Program-made: the position numbers and the translations under genes
Notes under the pieces: model-generated
Told to the model about the DNA's origin: nothing
The model's database searches: none
The model's input: the letters and a program-made list of their open reading frames with translations, nothing else
Shown: piece after piece, positions 8,036 to 18,934 of the stretch
Position numbering within the stretch: position 1 is the first letter of the stretch
Layout: each line of letters starts with the position of its first letter
Source: an uncultured Planctomycetaceae bacterium
Lineage (GTDB): Bacteria; Planctomycetota; Phycisphaerae; SM23-33
Length of the DNA: 64,000 bases
Assembly (NCBI GenBank): GCA_964385465.1
Contig: CAYLPJ010000024.1
Location: 14,238-78,237 of the forward strand
Reading direction: 5' to 3'

Positions 8036-10825
8036 GTGGCCGACAACGGAGTGGACAACGGAAAGATGCCGACCGGCGGCGGCGACGTCTCGCGGCCGGC
8101 GGAGCCCCAGACGACGCTGTTCGCCGGCGAGCGGATCGAGCCGCTGCCGATCGAGCGGGAGCTGCGGGAAAGCTATCTCACCTACGCGATGAGCACCATC
8201 ATCGACCGCGCCCTGCCCGACGTCCGTGACGGGCTCAAGCCCTCCCAGCGGCGCGTGCTCGTGTCGATGAACGACCTGAACCTCGGCCCGCGAAGCAAGC
8301 ACCGCAAGTGCGCCAAGATCGCCGGGGACACCTCCGGGAACTACCACCCCCACGGCGAGGGCGTGGTCTATCCCACCCTCGTCCGCCTCGGCCAGCACTG
8401 GAACATGCGCTACCCGCTGGTCGATCCGCAGGGCAACTTCGGGTCCATCGACGGCGACCCGCCGGCGGCCATGCGATACACCGAGGCCCGCATGACCGCC
8501 CCGGCCACGGAAATGCTCCAGGACATCAACCTGGACACCGTGGACATGCAGCCGAACTACGATGACACGCGGACCGAACCGGTCGTCCTGCCCAGCAAGT
8601 TCCCCAACCTGCTGGTCAACGGCTCGCAGGGGATCGCCGTCGGCGTGGCGACGAGCATTCCGCCGCACAACCTCAACGAGATCTGCGACGCGCTGGTTCA
8701 CCTGGTCGATCACCCCAGCGCGACGGTCGAGGACCTGATGAAGATCGTCAAGGGTCCGGATTTCCCCACCGGCGGGCTGATCTGCGGACGGTCGGGCATC
8801 CGCGACGGCTACACGACGGGCCGGGGCCGGGTCGTGGTCCGGGCGCGGCTTCACACCGAGCAGACGCGCGGGGGCAAGACGCAGATCGTGGCGACGCAGA
8901 TTCCCTACCAGGTCCTCAAGACGACGATCATCGAGCGGATTGCCGACATGGTCAAGGCGGGGAAGATCCCCGACATCAGCGACGTGCAGGACCACTCCGA
9001 CCGCACGGGGATGCGGATCGTGGTGGACCTGAAGAAGGGCGCCGAGCCCGAGGTGGTCATCAACCAGCTCTACCAGTTCACGCCGCTTCAGTCGACGTTC
9101 AGCATCATCAACATCGCCCTCGTGCACCGCGCGCACAGCACGCTGAGCCTGCGGGACATGCTGTGGTACTACCTCGACCACCGCAAGGAGGTCATCCGCC
9201 GGCGGACGGCGTTCCTGCTGCGCCGCGCACGCCAGCGGGCGCACATCCTCGAGGGGCTGATCCTGGCGGTCGCGGACATCGACCGGATCATCGAGACGAT
9301 CAAGACCTCCCCCGACGTGCCCACCGCGCGCGAGCGGCTGATGGCGCTGAAGCTGCGGCTGACCGAAGAGGCCACCGTCCGCAAGCTGCTGCCCGACCGC
9401 TTCGCCGACAAGGCCGGCGGGTCGGACCAGCAGCTCACGCGCGTCCAGGCCGACGCAATCCTCTCGATGCAGCTCCAGCGGCTGACGGGCCTGGAGATCG
9501 AGAAGCTCGCCCGCGACTACGCCGCCCTCGTCGAGGAGATCGAGGGCTACGAGGCCATCCTCGCCGACGAGGCCCGCCTGCTGGACGTGATCCGCGAGGA
9601 CATCTACGAGATCAAGGACAAGTACGGCGACGAGCGGCGGACGGAGATCATCGGCGACGTCAACGACTTCAACATCGAAGACCTCATCGCCGAAGAGGAC
9701 GTCGTCGTCACACTCACCCACGCCGGCTACATCAAGCGCATGCCCGTGACCACCTACCGCCGCCAGGGCCGGGGCGGGCAGGGCATCATCGGCTCCGATG
9801 CCAAGGAAGGCGACTTCATCGAGGAGCTGTTCATCGCCTCGACGCACGACTACCTGCTGATCTTCCTCGACAACGGCCGAATGCACTGGCTGAAGGTCTA
9901 CGACATCCCCTCCCTGCCGCGAACGAGCAAGGGCCGGGCCATTGTCAATATCCTGGAGATGAAGCGCGACGAGCACATCTGCGCGGTCATGCCCGTGCGG
10001 GAGTTCGACGACCGCTTCCTCATGACCGCCACCAAGCTCGGGCAGGTCAAGAAGACCGAGCTGAAGGCGTACGGCAACCCGCGGCGGGGGGGTATCCAGG
10101 CGACGGGGCTCAACAAGGACGACTGGGTCATCGGTGTGGCGCTGACCCGCGGCGACGACGAGATCGTCCTGGCCACCAAGCAGGGCCAGGCCATCCGCTT
10201 CCGGGAAGGCGACGTGCGGGCCATGGGCCGGACCGCCTGCGGGGTGCGCGGCATCAAGCTCAGCGACGACGACAAGGTCGTCTCCATGGCCGTCGTCGAC
10301 CCGATGGCCACGCTGCTGACCGTCTGCGAGCACGGGTACGGCAAGCGGACGAGCTTCGACGAGTACCGCACCCAAGGCCGCGGCGGGCAGGGCATCATCA
10401 ACATCCGCACGACCGAGCGGAACGGCCAGGTCGTTGCCATGAAGGCGATGCGCGACGCCGACGAACTCATGCTCATCACCTACCAGGGCAAGATCGTCCG
10501 CACCGGGCTCGACGAGCTCCGCATCATCGGCCGGGCGACCCAGGGCGTGCGGATCATCTCCCTCCGGGAGGGCGACACGCTGGTCAGCGTCGCCCGCGTC
10601 GTCGCCGACGACAACACCCAGGCCCAACTCCCGCTGGAACCCGGGGACGCCAAGCCCGCGCCCGCCGAGGCCGCGCCCGAGCCCTCGGCCGAGGAGGGGG
10701 GCGAGCCCGAGCCGCCCGCCGCGCCCGAGCCCCCCGCCGCCGAGGCGGAGCCCGAAAGCGACGGCGAGGAAGGCGAAGAGGACACCGCCGCCAACGAAGA
10801 CGACGAAGACGTTTCCATGCTCTGA
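8036..10825 (+). CDS. gyrA: DNA gyrase subunit A
   Basis: [26 protein letters not shown] (catalytic Tyr), GyrA-box-like QGRGGQG, beta-pinwheel CTD and acidic tail. Confidence 0.97.
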   Translation: MADNGVDNGKMPTGGGDVSRPAEPQTTLFAGERIEPLPIERELRESYLTYAMSTIIDRALPDVRDGLKPSQRRVLVSMNDLNLGPRSKHRKCAKIAGDTSGNYHPHGEGVVYPTLVRLGQHWNMRYPLVDPQGNFGSIDGDPPAAMRYTEARMTAPATEMLQDINLDTVDMQPNYDDTRTEPVVLPSKFPNLLVNGSQGIAVGVATSIPPHNLNEICDALVHLVDHPSATVEDLMKIVKGPDFPTGGLICGRSGIRDGYTTGRGRVVVRARLHTEQTRGGKTQIVATQIPYQVLKTTIIERIADMVKAGKIPDISDVQDHSDRTGMRIVVDLKKGAEPEVVINQLYQFTPLQSTFSIINIALVHRAHSTLSLRDMLWYYLDHRKEVIRRRTAFLLRRARQRAHILEGLILAVADIDRIIETIKTSPDVPTARERLMALKLRLTEEATVRKLLPDRFADKAGGSDQQLTRVQADAILSMQLQRLTGLEIEKLARDYAALVEEIEGYEAILADEARLLDVIREDIYEIKDKYGDERRTEIIGDVNDFNIEDLIAEEDVVVTLTHAGYIKRMPVTTYRRQGRGGQGIIGSDAKEGDFIEELFIASTHDYLLIFLDNGRMHWLKVYDIPSLPRTSKGRAIVNILEMKRDEHICAVMPVREFDDRFLMTATKLGQVKKTELKAYGNPRRGGIQATGLNKDDWVIGVALTRGDDEIVLATKQGQAIRFREGDVRAMGRTACGVRGIKLSDDDKVVSMAVVDPMATLLTVCEHGYGKRTSFDEYRTQGRGGQGIINIRTTERNGQVVAMKAMRDADELMLITYQGKIVRTGLDELRIIGRATQGVRIISLREGDTLVSVARVVADDNTQAQLPLEPGDAKPAPAEAAPEPSAEEGGEPEPPAAPEPPAAEAEPESDGEEGEEDTAANEDDEDVSML

Positions 10826-10945
10826 CCGTGCGGGAGCATCCCCGGGAACGACACGCCGGGCAGGCACGGCGTGGACCTTATGGTCTTGTCGAATGACAAC
10901 GTCGCCCGTCGCGGCCACACGCTTGCCGCCGCGGGTGAGCGGCGG

Positions 10946-11731
10946 TCAGTTCCCGGCCTCGCCGACGCGGGGTCGCCCGTCGCGGCTGCGGGCGAGCAGC
11001 CAGGCGTACAGGTCGGGGTCGGCGTAGGGCTTGACCCAGCAGACGTGTCCGGCCTCCGGGACGACGGTGAAGCGGACGTCTTCCGCCCCGGCAGCCCGCA
11101 TGGCGTCGACCATCTCGCGGGACTTCTTTACGGGCACGACGCGGTCCTTCCCGCCGTGATAGACGCGCGTGGGCAGGTAGCGCAGCCGCGCCGCGCGTTC
11201 GGGGTCGCCGCCGCCGCAGATGGGCACGATCGCCGCGTAGCGGTCCGGGTCCCGCCCGGCCAGCGCCCACGTGGCGAAGCCGCCCATGCTCAGCCCGGTG
11301 ACCACCACGCGGTCCTCGTCCACGGCGTATTGCTCGCCCAGCTCGTCCAGCAGGGCCTCCAGGGCGTTCGGGTCCCACCACTGCTTCTTGGGGCACTGCG
11401 GTGAGGCGACGATGAACGGCAGCGAACGCCCCCGGGCGATCTCCATCGGCGGGCCGTGCTTGGTGACAAGCTCCAGGTCCGCGCCACGCTCGCCGGCGCC
11501 GTGAAGGAAGAGCATCAGCGGCCAGCGCCGCCCGGCGTCCAGCCCGTAGCCTTCGGGCAGGTACAGCAGGTAGCGCAGGCGGAACGTCTCCTCGCCGACC
11601 GTCCGCTCCATGACCCCGGGCGTCTGCCGAGGCAGGCCCCCGGCCGGGCCGCCGGCCAGGCCGCCGGGGCCCCCGGTCGAGCACCCCGCCATCACCGCCG
11701 CCACCGCCCACGCCAGTGCCCGTCTCATCAT
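10946..11731 (-). CDS. Alpha/beta-hydrolase (phospholipase/peptidase S9-like) lipoprotein
   Basis: Lipobox MAGC; LFLHGAGERG, GLSMGG nucleophile elbow, HGGKDRVV and GH motifs. Confidence 0.8.
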   Translation of the reverse strand: MMRRALAWAVAAVMAGCSTGGPGGLAGGPAGGLPRQTPGVMERTVGEETFRLRYLLYLPEGYGLDAGRRWPLMLFLHGAGERGADLELVTKHGPPMEIARGRSLPFIVASPQCPKKQWWDPNALEALLDELGEQYAVDEDRVVVTGLSMGGFATWALAGRDPDRYAAIVPICGGGDPERAARLRYLPTRVYHGGKDRVVPVKKSREMVDAMRAAGAEDVRFTVVPEAGHVCWVKPYADPDLYAWLLARSRDGRPRVGEAGN

Positions 11732-11873
11732 CGGCTGTCTCCTGTTCGAGCCCGTCGGCCGTGGAATATCCTATCGCCTTGGTGGGCCGCCTACAATTCA
11801 CCGTCGGTGCGGTCGCTTTGGATGTGAGCGGTGTCCGCGGTTATAATGCGCGTTCAATGAGGAAAGAGGAACC

Positions 11874-13037
11874 ATGATACGAATGCCACGCAATCGGGCG
11901 GCCGGACTCCTGGCGGCCGCGTGTACGATCGGCCTGCTTGTCGGTGCGGCGTCGGCCTGTGACGTTCCCGTGTTCCGCTGGGCCCTGGAGCGCTGGGTCC
12001 CCAGCCCGTACGAGGTGGTGATCTTCCACCGCGGCGAGTTGGCCCCGTCGGACGCGAACGTGGTGGGGGCCCTGACCGACTGCGCGCGGGACGCCAACGC
12101 CCCGGCGAATGTGTACGTCCGCCCGGTGGACGTGGACGGCAACATGCCCGAGCACGTCGAGCCGCTGTGGGAAGCCCATAAGGACGCGGAGTTGCCCCGC
12201 GTGGTCGCCGCCTACCCGCGACGGTGGGGCCCGCCGCGCCAGGCGTGGGCGGGGGACCTCTCGGCCGAGAACGTCCGCCACCTGCTCGACTCCCCTGTGC
12301 GGCGGGAGATCTACAAGCAGATCATCGACGGCAAGACGGCGGTCTGGGTACTGCTGGAGTCCGGGGACGCGACGAAGGACGCCAACGCCTTCGCCACGCT
12401 GGACGCCCGGCTGAAGCTGCTGGAGAAGGAGCTCAAGCTCCCCGAGCAGCCGCCGGCGCCGACGCCCGGCAGCGGCTGGGACGAGCTGGCTCCCACCGGG
12501 CCGCCCCTGGAGATCGACTTCTCCCTGCTGCGGCTGAAGCGGTCGGCCGAGGGCGAGGGGACGTTCGTCGAGCTGCTGCTGAACACCGAGGACGACCTGA
12601 GGAAGGAATACAACGACGAGCCGATGGCATTCGCGTTCTTCGGCCAGGGGCGGGTCCTGCCGGTGCTTGTCGGCAAGGGCATCAATCCGGACAACCTCGA
12701 TGAGTTCTGCTACTTCCTCACCGGGCGGTGCAGTTGCGAGGTCAAGGAGATGAACCCCGGCGTGGACCTGCTGTTCACCGCCAACTGGTACGCCGCCTTC
12801 GACGATGCCGAGCCCCGGACCGTCTCCCTGCCCGGCCCGCTGGCGCCGCCGGAGGCGCTGGCCGGCGACGCCAACGCCGATGCCAAGGCCGCCGCCGCGC
12901 TGGACACGCCCCCGCCGACCCCGCCGAGCACCGGCATGAGCCCGCTGACGATGGCCCTGATCGCCGTCGGCGTCGCTGTCCTTGCCCTGGCCGGCGGGCT
13001 GGTCGTCTGGGTCCTGCGAAAACCCCAAACCGCGTGA
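11874..13037 (+). CDS. Uncharacterised exported protein with C-terminal TM anchor; ABC transporter partner with CSC motif
   Basis: Signal peptide, CDVPVFRWALERW, GRCSCEVKEMNPG and a C-terminal hydrophobic helix followed by RK. TATAAT (11842) and SD upstream. Confidence 0.75.
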   Translation: MIRMPRNRAAGLLAAACTIGLLVGAASACDVPVFRWALERWVPSPYEVVIFHRGELAPSDANVVGALTDCARDANAPANVYVRPVDVDGNMPEHVEPLWEAHKDAELPRVVAAYPRRWGPPRQAWAGDLSAENVRHLLDSPVRREIYKQIIDGKTAVWVLLESGDATKDANAFATLDARLKLLEKELKLPEQPPAPTPGSGWDELAPTGPPLEIDFSLLRLKRSAEGEGTFVELLLNTEDDLRKEYNDEPMAFAFFGQGRVLPVLVGKGINPDNLDEFCYFLTGRCSCEVKEMNPGVDLLFTANWYAAFDDAEPRTVSLPGPLAPPEALAGDANADAKAAAALDTPPPTPPSTGMSPLTMALIAVGVAVLALAGGLVVWVLRKPQTA

Positions 13038-13041
13038 GATC

Positions 13042-14328
13042 ATGAACGTCTGGCGACTCGTACTGCGGGAACTGCTCCATCGGAAACTCAACTTCGCCCT
13101 CGGCGTCGTCAGCGTCGCCATGGCCGTCGCGGTCGTCACGGCCGCGTTTACCCTGCTGCGCGCCCACGACGTCCGCACCGACGAGATGCTGGCCGCCAAG
13201 CACGCCGCGGCGCACGCCCGGCTGGCCAAGCTGGAGGACGACTACCGCAAGTACATGAAGGAACTCGGCTTCAACCTGCTGATTCTGCCGAAGGACCAGG
13301 AGCTCTCGACCTTCTGGACCAAGGGCTACGCCGAGCACACCATGCCCGAGGAGTACGTCCACAAGCTGGCCAACTCCCGCACGATGATCATCCGCCATCT
13401 GCTGCCCATCGTGCAGCAGAAGGTCCAGTGGCCGGAGAAGCAGCGGCAGGTGACGCTGATCGGCACGCGCGGGGAGGTCCCCCTGGCCCACCGCCGCCCG
13501 AAGGAGCCCATGCTCCTGGCCGTGCCGGAGGGCAAGATCGTCGTCGGCTACGCCCTGGCTCGCGACCTGGACCTCGAGCCCGGCGACGAGATCACCCTGC
13601 GCGGGCGTGCGTACACCGTTCACAAGACGCGCGGCGAGACCGGCTCGGCCGAGGACGCCACGATGTGGGTGGACCTCGCCGCCGCCCAGAAGCTGCTGGA
13701 TATGGAAGGGCGGATCAACGGCATCGAGGCGCTGAAGTGCCACTGCAAGGACGTGGGGATCCCGGCGCTGAAAGAGGAGATCTCCCGCATCCTCGACCAG
13801 GACGTCAACGTGGTGGCGCGGGAGAACAAGGTCACGCTGCGGGCCAAGGCGCGCGACCGCGTCGCCGCCGAGCACCGCCAGGCCATCGCCGCCGAGGTCG
13901 CCTCCCGCGCCAGGCTCCGCCAGACCCGCGAGGGCTTTGCCGCCGTCCTCGTGCCCGTCGTGCTGCTGGCCTCCGCCGTGTGGATCGGACTGCTCGCGCT
14001 GGTCAACGTCCGCGAGCGAACCGGGGAGATCGGCATCCTCCGGGCCATCGGCGTGCGGTCGGCGAGCATCTTCGCCGTGTTTCTGGTCAAGGCGCTGCTG
14101 ATCGGCGTCATCGGCGCGGCCGCCGGGTACGCGGCCGGACTGGGTGGGAGCATCCTGGCCGCCGGGGCCGTCTCCTCGCTGGCCGTCTCCGATCCGGCCG
14201 CGCTGTTCGCGCCGCTGCTGCTGATCGCGGTGATTCCGGCCGCCCCGGTTCTGTCGGCCCTGGCGAGCTGGGCCCCGGCGACGTTGGCGGCGCGTCAGGA
14301 CCCGGCATTGATTCTGGCAAAGGAGTAA
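13042..14328 (+). CDS. MacB/FtsX-type ABC transporter permease
   Basis: N-terminal TM, large periplasmic domain, NVRERTGEIGILRAIG, three C-terminal TMs and PA..AARQDP. Confidence 0.88.
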   Translation: MNVWRLVLRELLHRKLNFALGVVSVAMAVAVVTAAFTLLRAHDVRTDEMLAAKHAAAHARLAKLEDDYRKYMKELGFNLLILPKDQELSTFWTKGYAEHTMPEEYVHKLANSRTMIIRHLLPIVQQKVQWPEKQRQVTLIGTRGEVPLAHRRPKEPMLLAVPEGKIVVGYALARDLDLEPGDEITLRGRAYTVHKTRGETGSAEDATMWVDLAAAQKLLDMEGRINGIEALKCHCKDVGIPALKEEISRILDQDVNVVARENKVTLRAKARDRVAAEHRQAIAAEVASRARLRQTREGFAAVLVPVVLLASAVWIGLLALVNVRERTGEIGILRAIGVRSASIFAVFLVKALLIGVIGAAAGYAAGLGGSILAAGAVSSLAVSDPAALFAPLLLIAVIPAAPVLSALASWAPATLAARQDPALILAKE

Positions 14329-14336
14329 CCGCCGGC

Positions 14337-15017
<681 letters not shown>

Positions 15018-15208
15018 CCTCCCGCCGGTCGTGCGGCGCGCGGTCCGCGACGCCGCAAGCCTGCGGCCGGTTGCGGGAGATGCTGTTGGGGAGTGGCACG
15101 GGGCGGATCCCGCGGCGGAGGCCGCGGGGTTGCACACGGCGCCGGCGAACGCCGAGTGACGGCGCGGTCGGCGACGGCTTCTTGGCCACCGGCTACTGCC
15201 TCATGGCC

Positions 15209-16522
15209 TCACCGGATCAGGGAGTTGAGGATGTTCTCGAGCATCTCGACGCGCCCGGAGTCGTTCGGGGCGGGGTTGCCCTTCTCCAGCGTGTAGTCGG
15301 CGAGGTCCTGAAGTGTCTTGTTGCCGGCCTCGATCTCGGCGCCGATGCCGCTGTCCCAACTGGCGTACCGCTGGGTGACGAACTCGGCGAGCCGGCCGTC
15401 CTCGGCGACGGCGTGGGCGATCTTCAGCCCGCGGGCGAAGGCGTCCATGCCGCCGATGTGGGCGTGGAAGAGGTCCACCGGCTCGAAGCTCTCGCGGTGG
15501 ACGTGGGCGTCGAAGTTCAGACCGCCGGTGGTGAAGCCGCCGTACTTCAGCAGCGTCATCATGGCCATCGTCGTGTCGTACAGGTCCGTGGGGAACTGGT
15601 CGGTGTCCCAGCCGAGCAGCAGGTCGCCGCGGTTGGCGTCGATCGAGCCAAGAATCCCGTTGGCCGCGGCGAACTCCAGCTCGTGGTGGAAGGTGTGCCC
15701 GGCCAGCGTGGCGTGGTTGGCCTCGACGTTCAGCTTGAAGTCGTCGACGAGATCGTACTTCTGGAGGAAGGCGTAGCAGGCGGCCGCATCGCTGTCGTAC
15801 TGGTGCTTGGTTGGCTCCTTGGGCTTGGGCTCGATGTAGAACTGCCCGTCGAAGCCGATCTGCTTCTTGTAGTCTACGGCGAGGTGGAGGAACGTCGCGA
15901 GGTGATCGAGCTCGCGGCCCATGTCGGTGTTGATCAGGCTCTTGTAGCCCTCGCGCCCGCCCCAGAAGACGTAGCCGGCCCCGCCGAGATCCTTGGTGAC
16001 GCTGATCGCCTTGGCGACCTGGGCGGCGGCGTAGGCGAAGACGTCCGCGTTGCAGCTCGTCGCCGCGCCGTGCATGTACCGCGGGTGCACGAACAGGCAG
16101 GCCGTCCCCCACAGCAACTGCACGCCGGTGCGCTGCTGCTCGGCCTTCAGCAGGGCGGCGATCTCGTCGAGGTTCTTGTGGCTCTCGGCCAGCGTGTCGC
16201 CCTCGGGGGCGACGTCGCGGTCGTGGAAGCAGTAGAACCGCAGGCCGAGTTTCTCGCAGAGTTCGAAGCACGCCCGGACCTTGTTGCGGGCGGTCTCCAT
16301 GGGGTCGTCCGTCTGCCATGGCATCTGCCGCGTGCCCACGCCGAACTGATCGGCACCGTCGTTGCAGAAGGAATGCCAGTACGCCACCGAGAACCGCAGG
16401 TGGTCGGCCATGGTCTTGCCGGCCAGGACCTCTTCGGGGTTGTACCACTTGAACGCCAGCGGGTTGGTGGACTCGGGCCCCTCGTACTCGATCTTGTCGA
16501 TCCCGGCGAAGAAGTCGGACAT
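15209..16522 (-). CDS. xylA: Xylose isomerase (class II)
   Basis: [34 protein letters not shown] and GWDTDQF motifs; SD AGGAG. Confidence 0.97.
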   Translation of the reverse strand: MSDFFAGIDKIEYEGPESTNPLAFKWYNPEEVLAGKTMADHLRFSVAYWHSFCNDGADQFGVGTRQMPWQTDDPMETARNKVRACFELCEKLGLRFYCFHDRDVAPEGDTLAESHKNLDEIAALLKAEQQRTGVQLLWGTACLFVHPRYMHGAATSCNADVFAYAAAQVAKAISVTKDLGGAGYVFWGGREGYKSLINTDMGRELDHLATFLHLAVDYKKQIGFDGQFYIEPKPKEPTKHQYDSDAAACYAFLQKYDLVDDFKLNVEANHATLAGHTFHHELEFAAANGILGSIDANRGDLLLGWDTDQFPTDLYDTTMAMMTLLKYGGFTTGGLNFDAHVHRESFEPVDLFHAHIGGMDAFARGLKIAHAVAEDGRLAEFVTQRYASWDSGIGAEIEAGNKTLQDLADYTLEKGNPAPNDSGRVEMLENILNSLIR

Positions 16523-16717
16523 CGCGGCTCTCCTGCTGGCGTAATGGCTTGACCGTCTGGAGGCGGATTGTACGGGCGGGGGGATTGGTACGGCAAGTGC
16601 CAAGCTCTTTGCGCGGCCGTCATCGGCGGCCCGTTGACATTGGCCGCGGGGCCGACTAAGGGTAGGCGTTTTCGCCGCCGGTGTCGGCGGCGGCAGTCGA
16701 GTTCAAGGGAGCGGTTC

Positions 16718-18046
16718 ATGGCGAAGATCGTATTCATAGGAGCGGGCAGTTTCGGGTTCACGCGCGGGCTGGTTCGCGACATCCTCACGTATCCGGAAAC
16801 GCGGGACGCCGAGCTGGCGCTGGTGGACATCGACCCCGAGCGGCTGGAGTTTTCCCGCCGGGCCTGCGAGAAGATCGTCGCCATGGGCGAGTACCCGGCG
16901 ACCGTCACGGCCACCGAGGACCGCCGCGAGGCGCTCAAGGGCGCCGACGCGGTGGTGGTGACGATCCTCTGCGGTGACGTGAAGGTCTGGCAGCACGACA
17001 TCCTGATCCCCAAGAAGTACGGCGTGGACATCAACGTCGGCGACACGCGGGGGCCCAGCGGCATCTTCCGGGCGCTGCGGACCATTCCGACCATGCTGGA
17101 CATCTGCCGCGACATCGAGGACCTCGCGCCCGGCGCGCTGCTGCTGAACTACACCAATCCCATGGCCATGCTGTGCCACGCCATGCAGCGCCGCAGCGAC
17201 CTGCCGATCTCCGGGCTCTGCCACAGCGTCCAGGGCACGGCCCGGATGCTCGCCGGCTGGGCAGGCGTGCCCGCCGACGAGGTCGATTACGTCTGCGCGG
17301 GGATCAACCACATGGCCTTCTACACGAAGTTCGAGCACCGCGGCGAGGACCTGTACCCCAAGCTCCGCCAGAAGGTCCGCCGCAGCAAGAAGATCTACAA
17401 CGCCGAGCAGGTACGCAACGAGATGTTCCTGGCCCTGGGCTACTACGTCACCGAGTCCAGCGGGCACAACAGCGAGTACAACTGGTGGTTCCGCAAACGC
17501 GAGGACCTCATCGAGAAGTACTGCACCCACGGGACCAACTGGAACCCCGGCGCCCACGCGTTCATCGTCAACAGCTACAAGGGCCGCTCGCGGACCTGGA
17601 AGAAGAACATCCGCGAATGGCTGGCCAAGGACGAGCCCATGAGCCTCGACCGCGGCCACGAGTACGCCTCGGGGATCATCAGCGCCTGGCTGGGCGGCGA
17701 GCCGTTCCACTTCAACGGCAACGTGCCGAACGCGGACCTCGTGACCAACCTGCCGGGCGGCTGCTGCGTGGAGGTGCCCGTGATCGCCACACGCCGGCGG
17801 TTGAACAGCGTGCACGTCGGGGCGCTGCCGCCGCAGTGCGCGGTCCTGCCGGCCCTGTCGGCGCAGACGGAGATGATGACCGTCGAGGCCTCCCTTACCG
17901 GCGACGCCGAGCTGGTCTACCAGGCCATCTGCCACGACCCGCTGACCGCCGCCGTCCTCTCGCTGGCCGAGATCCGAAAGATGGTCAAGGAGATGTTCCG
18001 CAAGAACCGCGACCACCTGCCGCAGTTTTCCGCCGTCAGTCTGTGA
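16718..18046 (+). CDS. melA: Alpha-galactosidase, GH4 family
   Basis: [29 protein letters not shown] and [10 protein letters not shown] motifs. Confidence 0.9.
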   Translation: MAKIVFIGAGSFGFTRGLVRDILTYPETRDAELALVDIDPERLEFSRRACEKIVAMGEYPATVTATEDRREALKGADAVVVTILCGDVKVWQHDILIPKKYGVDINVGDTRGPSGIFRALRTIPTMLDICRDIEDLAPGALLLNYTNPMAMLCHAMQRRSDLPISGLCHSVQGTARMLAGWAGVPADEVDYVCAGINHMAFYTKFEHRGEDLYPKLRQKVRRSKKIYNAEQVRNEMFLALGYYVTESSGHNSEYNWWFRKREDLIEKYCTHGTNWNPGAHAFIVNSYKGRSRTWKKNIREWLAKDEPMSLDRGHEYASGIISAWLGGEPFHFNGNVPNADLVTNLPGGCCVEVPVIATRRRLNSVHVGALPPQCAVLPALSAQTEMMTVEASLTGDAELVYQAICHDPLTAAVLSLAEIRKMVKEMFRKNRDHLPQFSAVSL

Positions 18047-18108
18047 GACTGCAAGGCCGTCAGGCCGGAAGACGGGAAGACCGGAAGGCCGGGAGACGGG
18101 AAGGCTCC
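18045..18108 (+). repeat. Degenerate tandem 8-mer repeat (~8 units, aaggccgg/aagacggg)
   Basis: gagactgc aaggccgt caggccgg aagacggg aagaccgg aaggccgg gagacggg aaggctcc, directly after the melA stop. Confidence 0.7.
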
Positions 18109-18190
18109 GGGCCCGAGACAGCGCGTGGAAGCAGGCCGCCGGCTCCTGCGGTCCTCCGGCCGCACGGTACTCCACGATGAAAGGCGACGA

Positions 18191-18934
18191 ATGAGCCAGA
18201 GCGTCGACGAGCACTGTGCCGAGATTCACCGCTGCAATCAGCGCGGCGGGCGGATGCTGTCCGTCGTGGACCTCCTCGACGCCGGGACGCTCACGCCCGA
18301 CCTGGCCGCCTACGCCCTCGCCGCCATCGGCGGGGGGGGCGGCTTCCTCGTCGGCGCCAAGCCCGGCGGGGCCGGCAAGACCACCGTCATGGGTGCGCTG
18401 CTGAACTTCGTGCCCGCAGACGTGGCCCTTCGCCCCGCCGACGGCCCGGCCGCCATCGACAGCGGCATCAGGGCGCCCGAGCCCCGCACCTGCTTCATCT
18501 GCCACGAGATCGGCTCGGGGCCCTGGTACGCCTACCTCTGGGGCGCCGACCTGCGGGCGTACTTCCGCCTGCCCGATGCAGGGCACATGCTGGCCACCAA
18601 CCTCCACGCCGACACGTACGAGCAGGCCCGCGAGCAGATCTGCGGCGACAACCGCGTCCCGCCCGAGCACCTGCGGCGCATGCACATGATGTTCTTCCTC
18701 GCAGTCGGGCGCGGGCTGCGGACCACCCGCCGCATCGTCACCGCATGGGAATCCGACGGCCGGGAGGACCACCGGCAGGTCTACGACGGCGGCGACGGCG
18801 TGGACCTGTCCGCCTCGTCGCTGGTCGACGCCGACGCCCTGTCGGCCGCCCGCGCGCGCATCGACGAACTCGCCGCCTCCGACGCCCGGACCATCGAGGA
18901 CGTGCGAGCCGCCCTCACTGCGCCGGGCGCTTGA
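18191..18934 (+). CDS. Hypothetical P-loop NTPase resembling the VirB11/CpaF ATPase C-terminal domain
   Basis: DLLDAGTL, Walker A GAKPGGAGKTT, ICHEIG and ATNLHA (His-box-like). Confidence 0.6.
   Translation: MSQSVDEHCAEIHRCNQRGGRMLSVVDLLDAGTLTPDLAAYALAAIGGGGGFLVGAKPGGAGKTTVMGALLNFVPADVALRPADGPAAIDSGIRAPEPRTCFICHEIGSGPWYAYLWGADLRAYFRLPDAGHMLATNLHADTYEQAREQICGDNRVPPEHLRRMHMMFFLAVGRGLRTTRRIVTAWESDGREDHRQVYDGGDGVDLSASSLVDADALSAARARIDELAASDARTIEDVRAALTAPGA

Noticed and set aside
7880-10918. Very long antisense or alternate-frame ORFs (e.g. 7880-10918 -, 31012-34182 -, 55946-59674 +, 23577-26402 -)
   Set aside because: Shadow ORFs expected at >70% GC opposite real genes; Arg/Gly/Pro-rich with no motifs.
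10826-10945. ncRNA or dif site after gyrA (hairpins cacgccg/cggcgtg, ttgtc-gaat-gacaa)
   Set aside because: Short hairpins between convergent genes are adequately explained as terminators; no XerC/D arm consensus.
15018-15208. Third copy of the palindromic element
   Set aside because: No alignable identity to 1881-2035 beyond generic GC-rich words.
18045-18108. CRISPR array
   Set aside because: Units are 8 nt with no spacers; no cas genes. No CRISPR-like periodicity was seen elsewhere.
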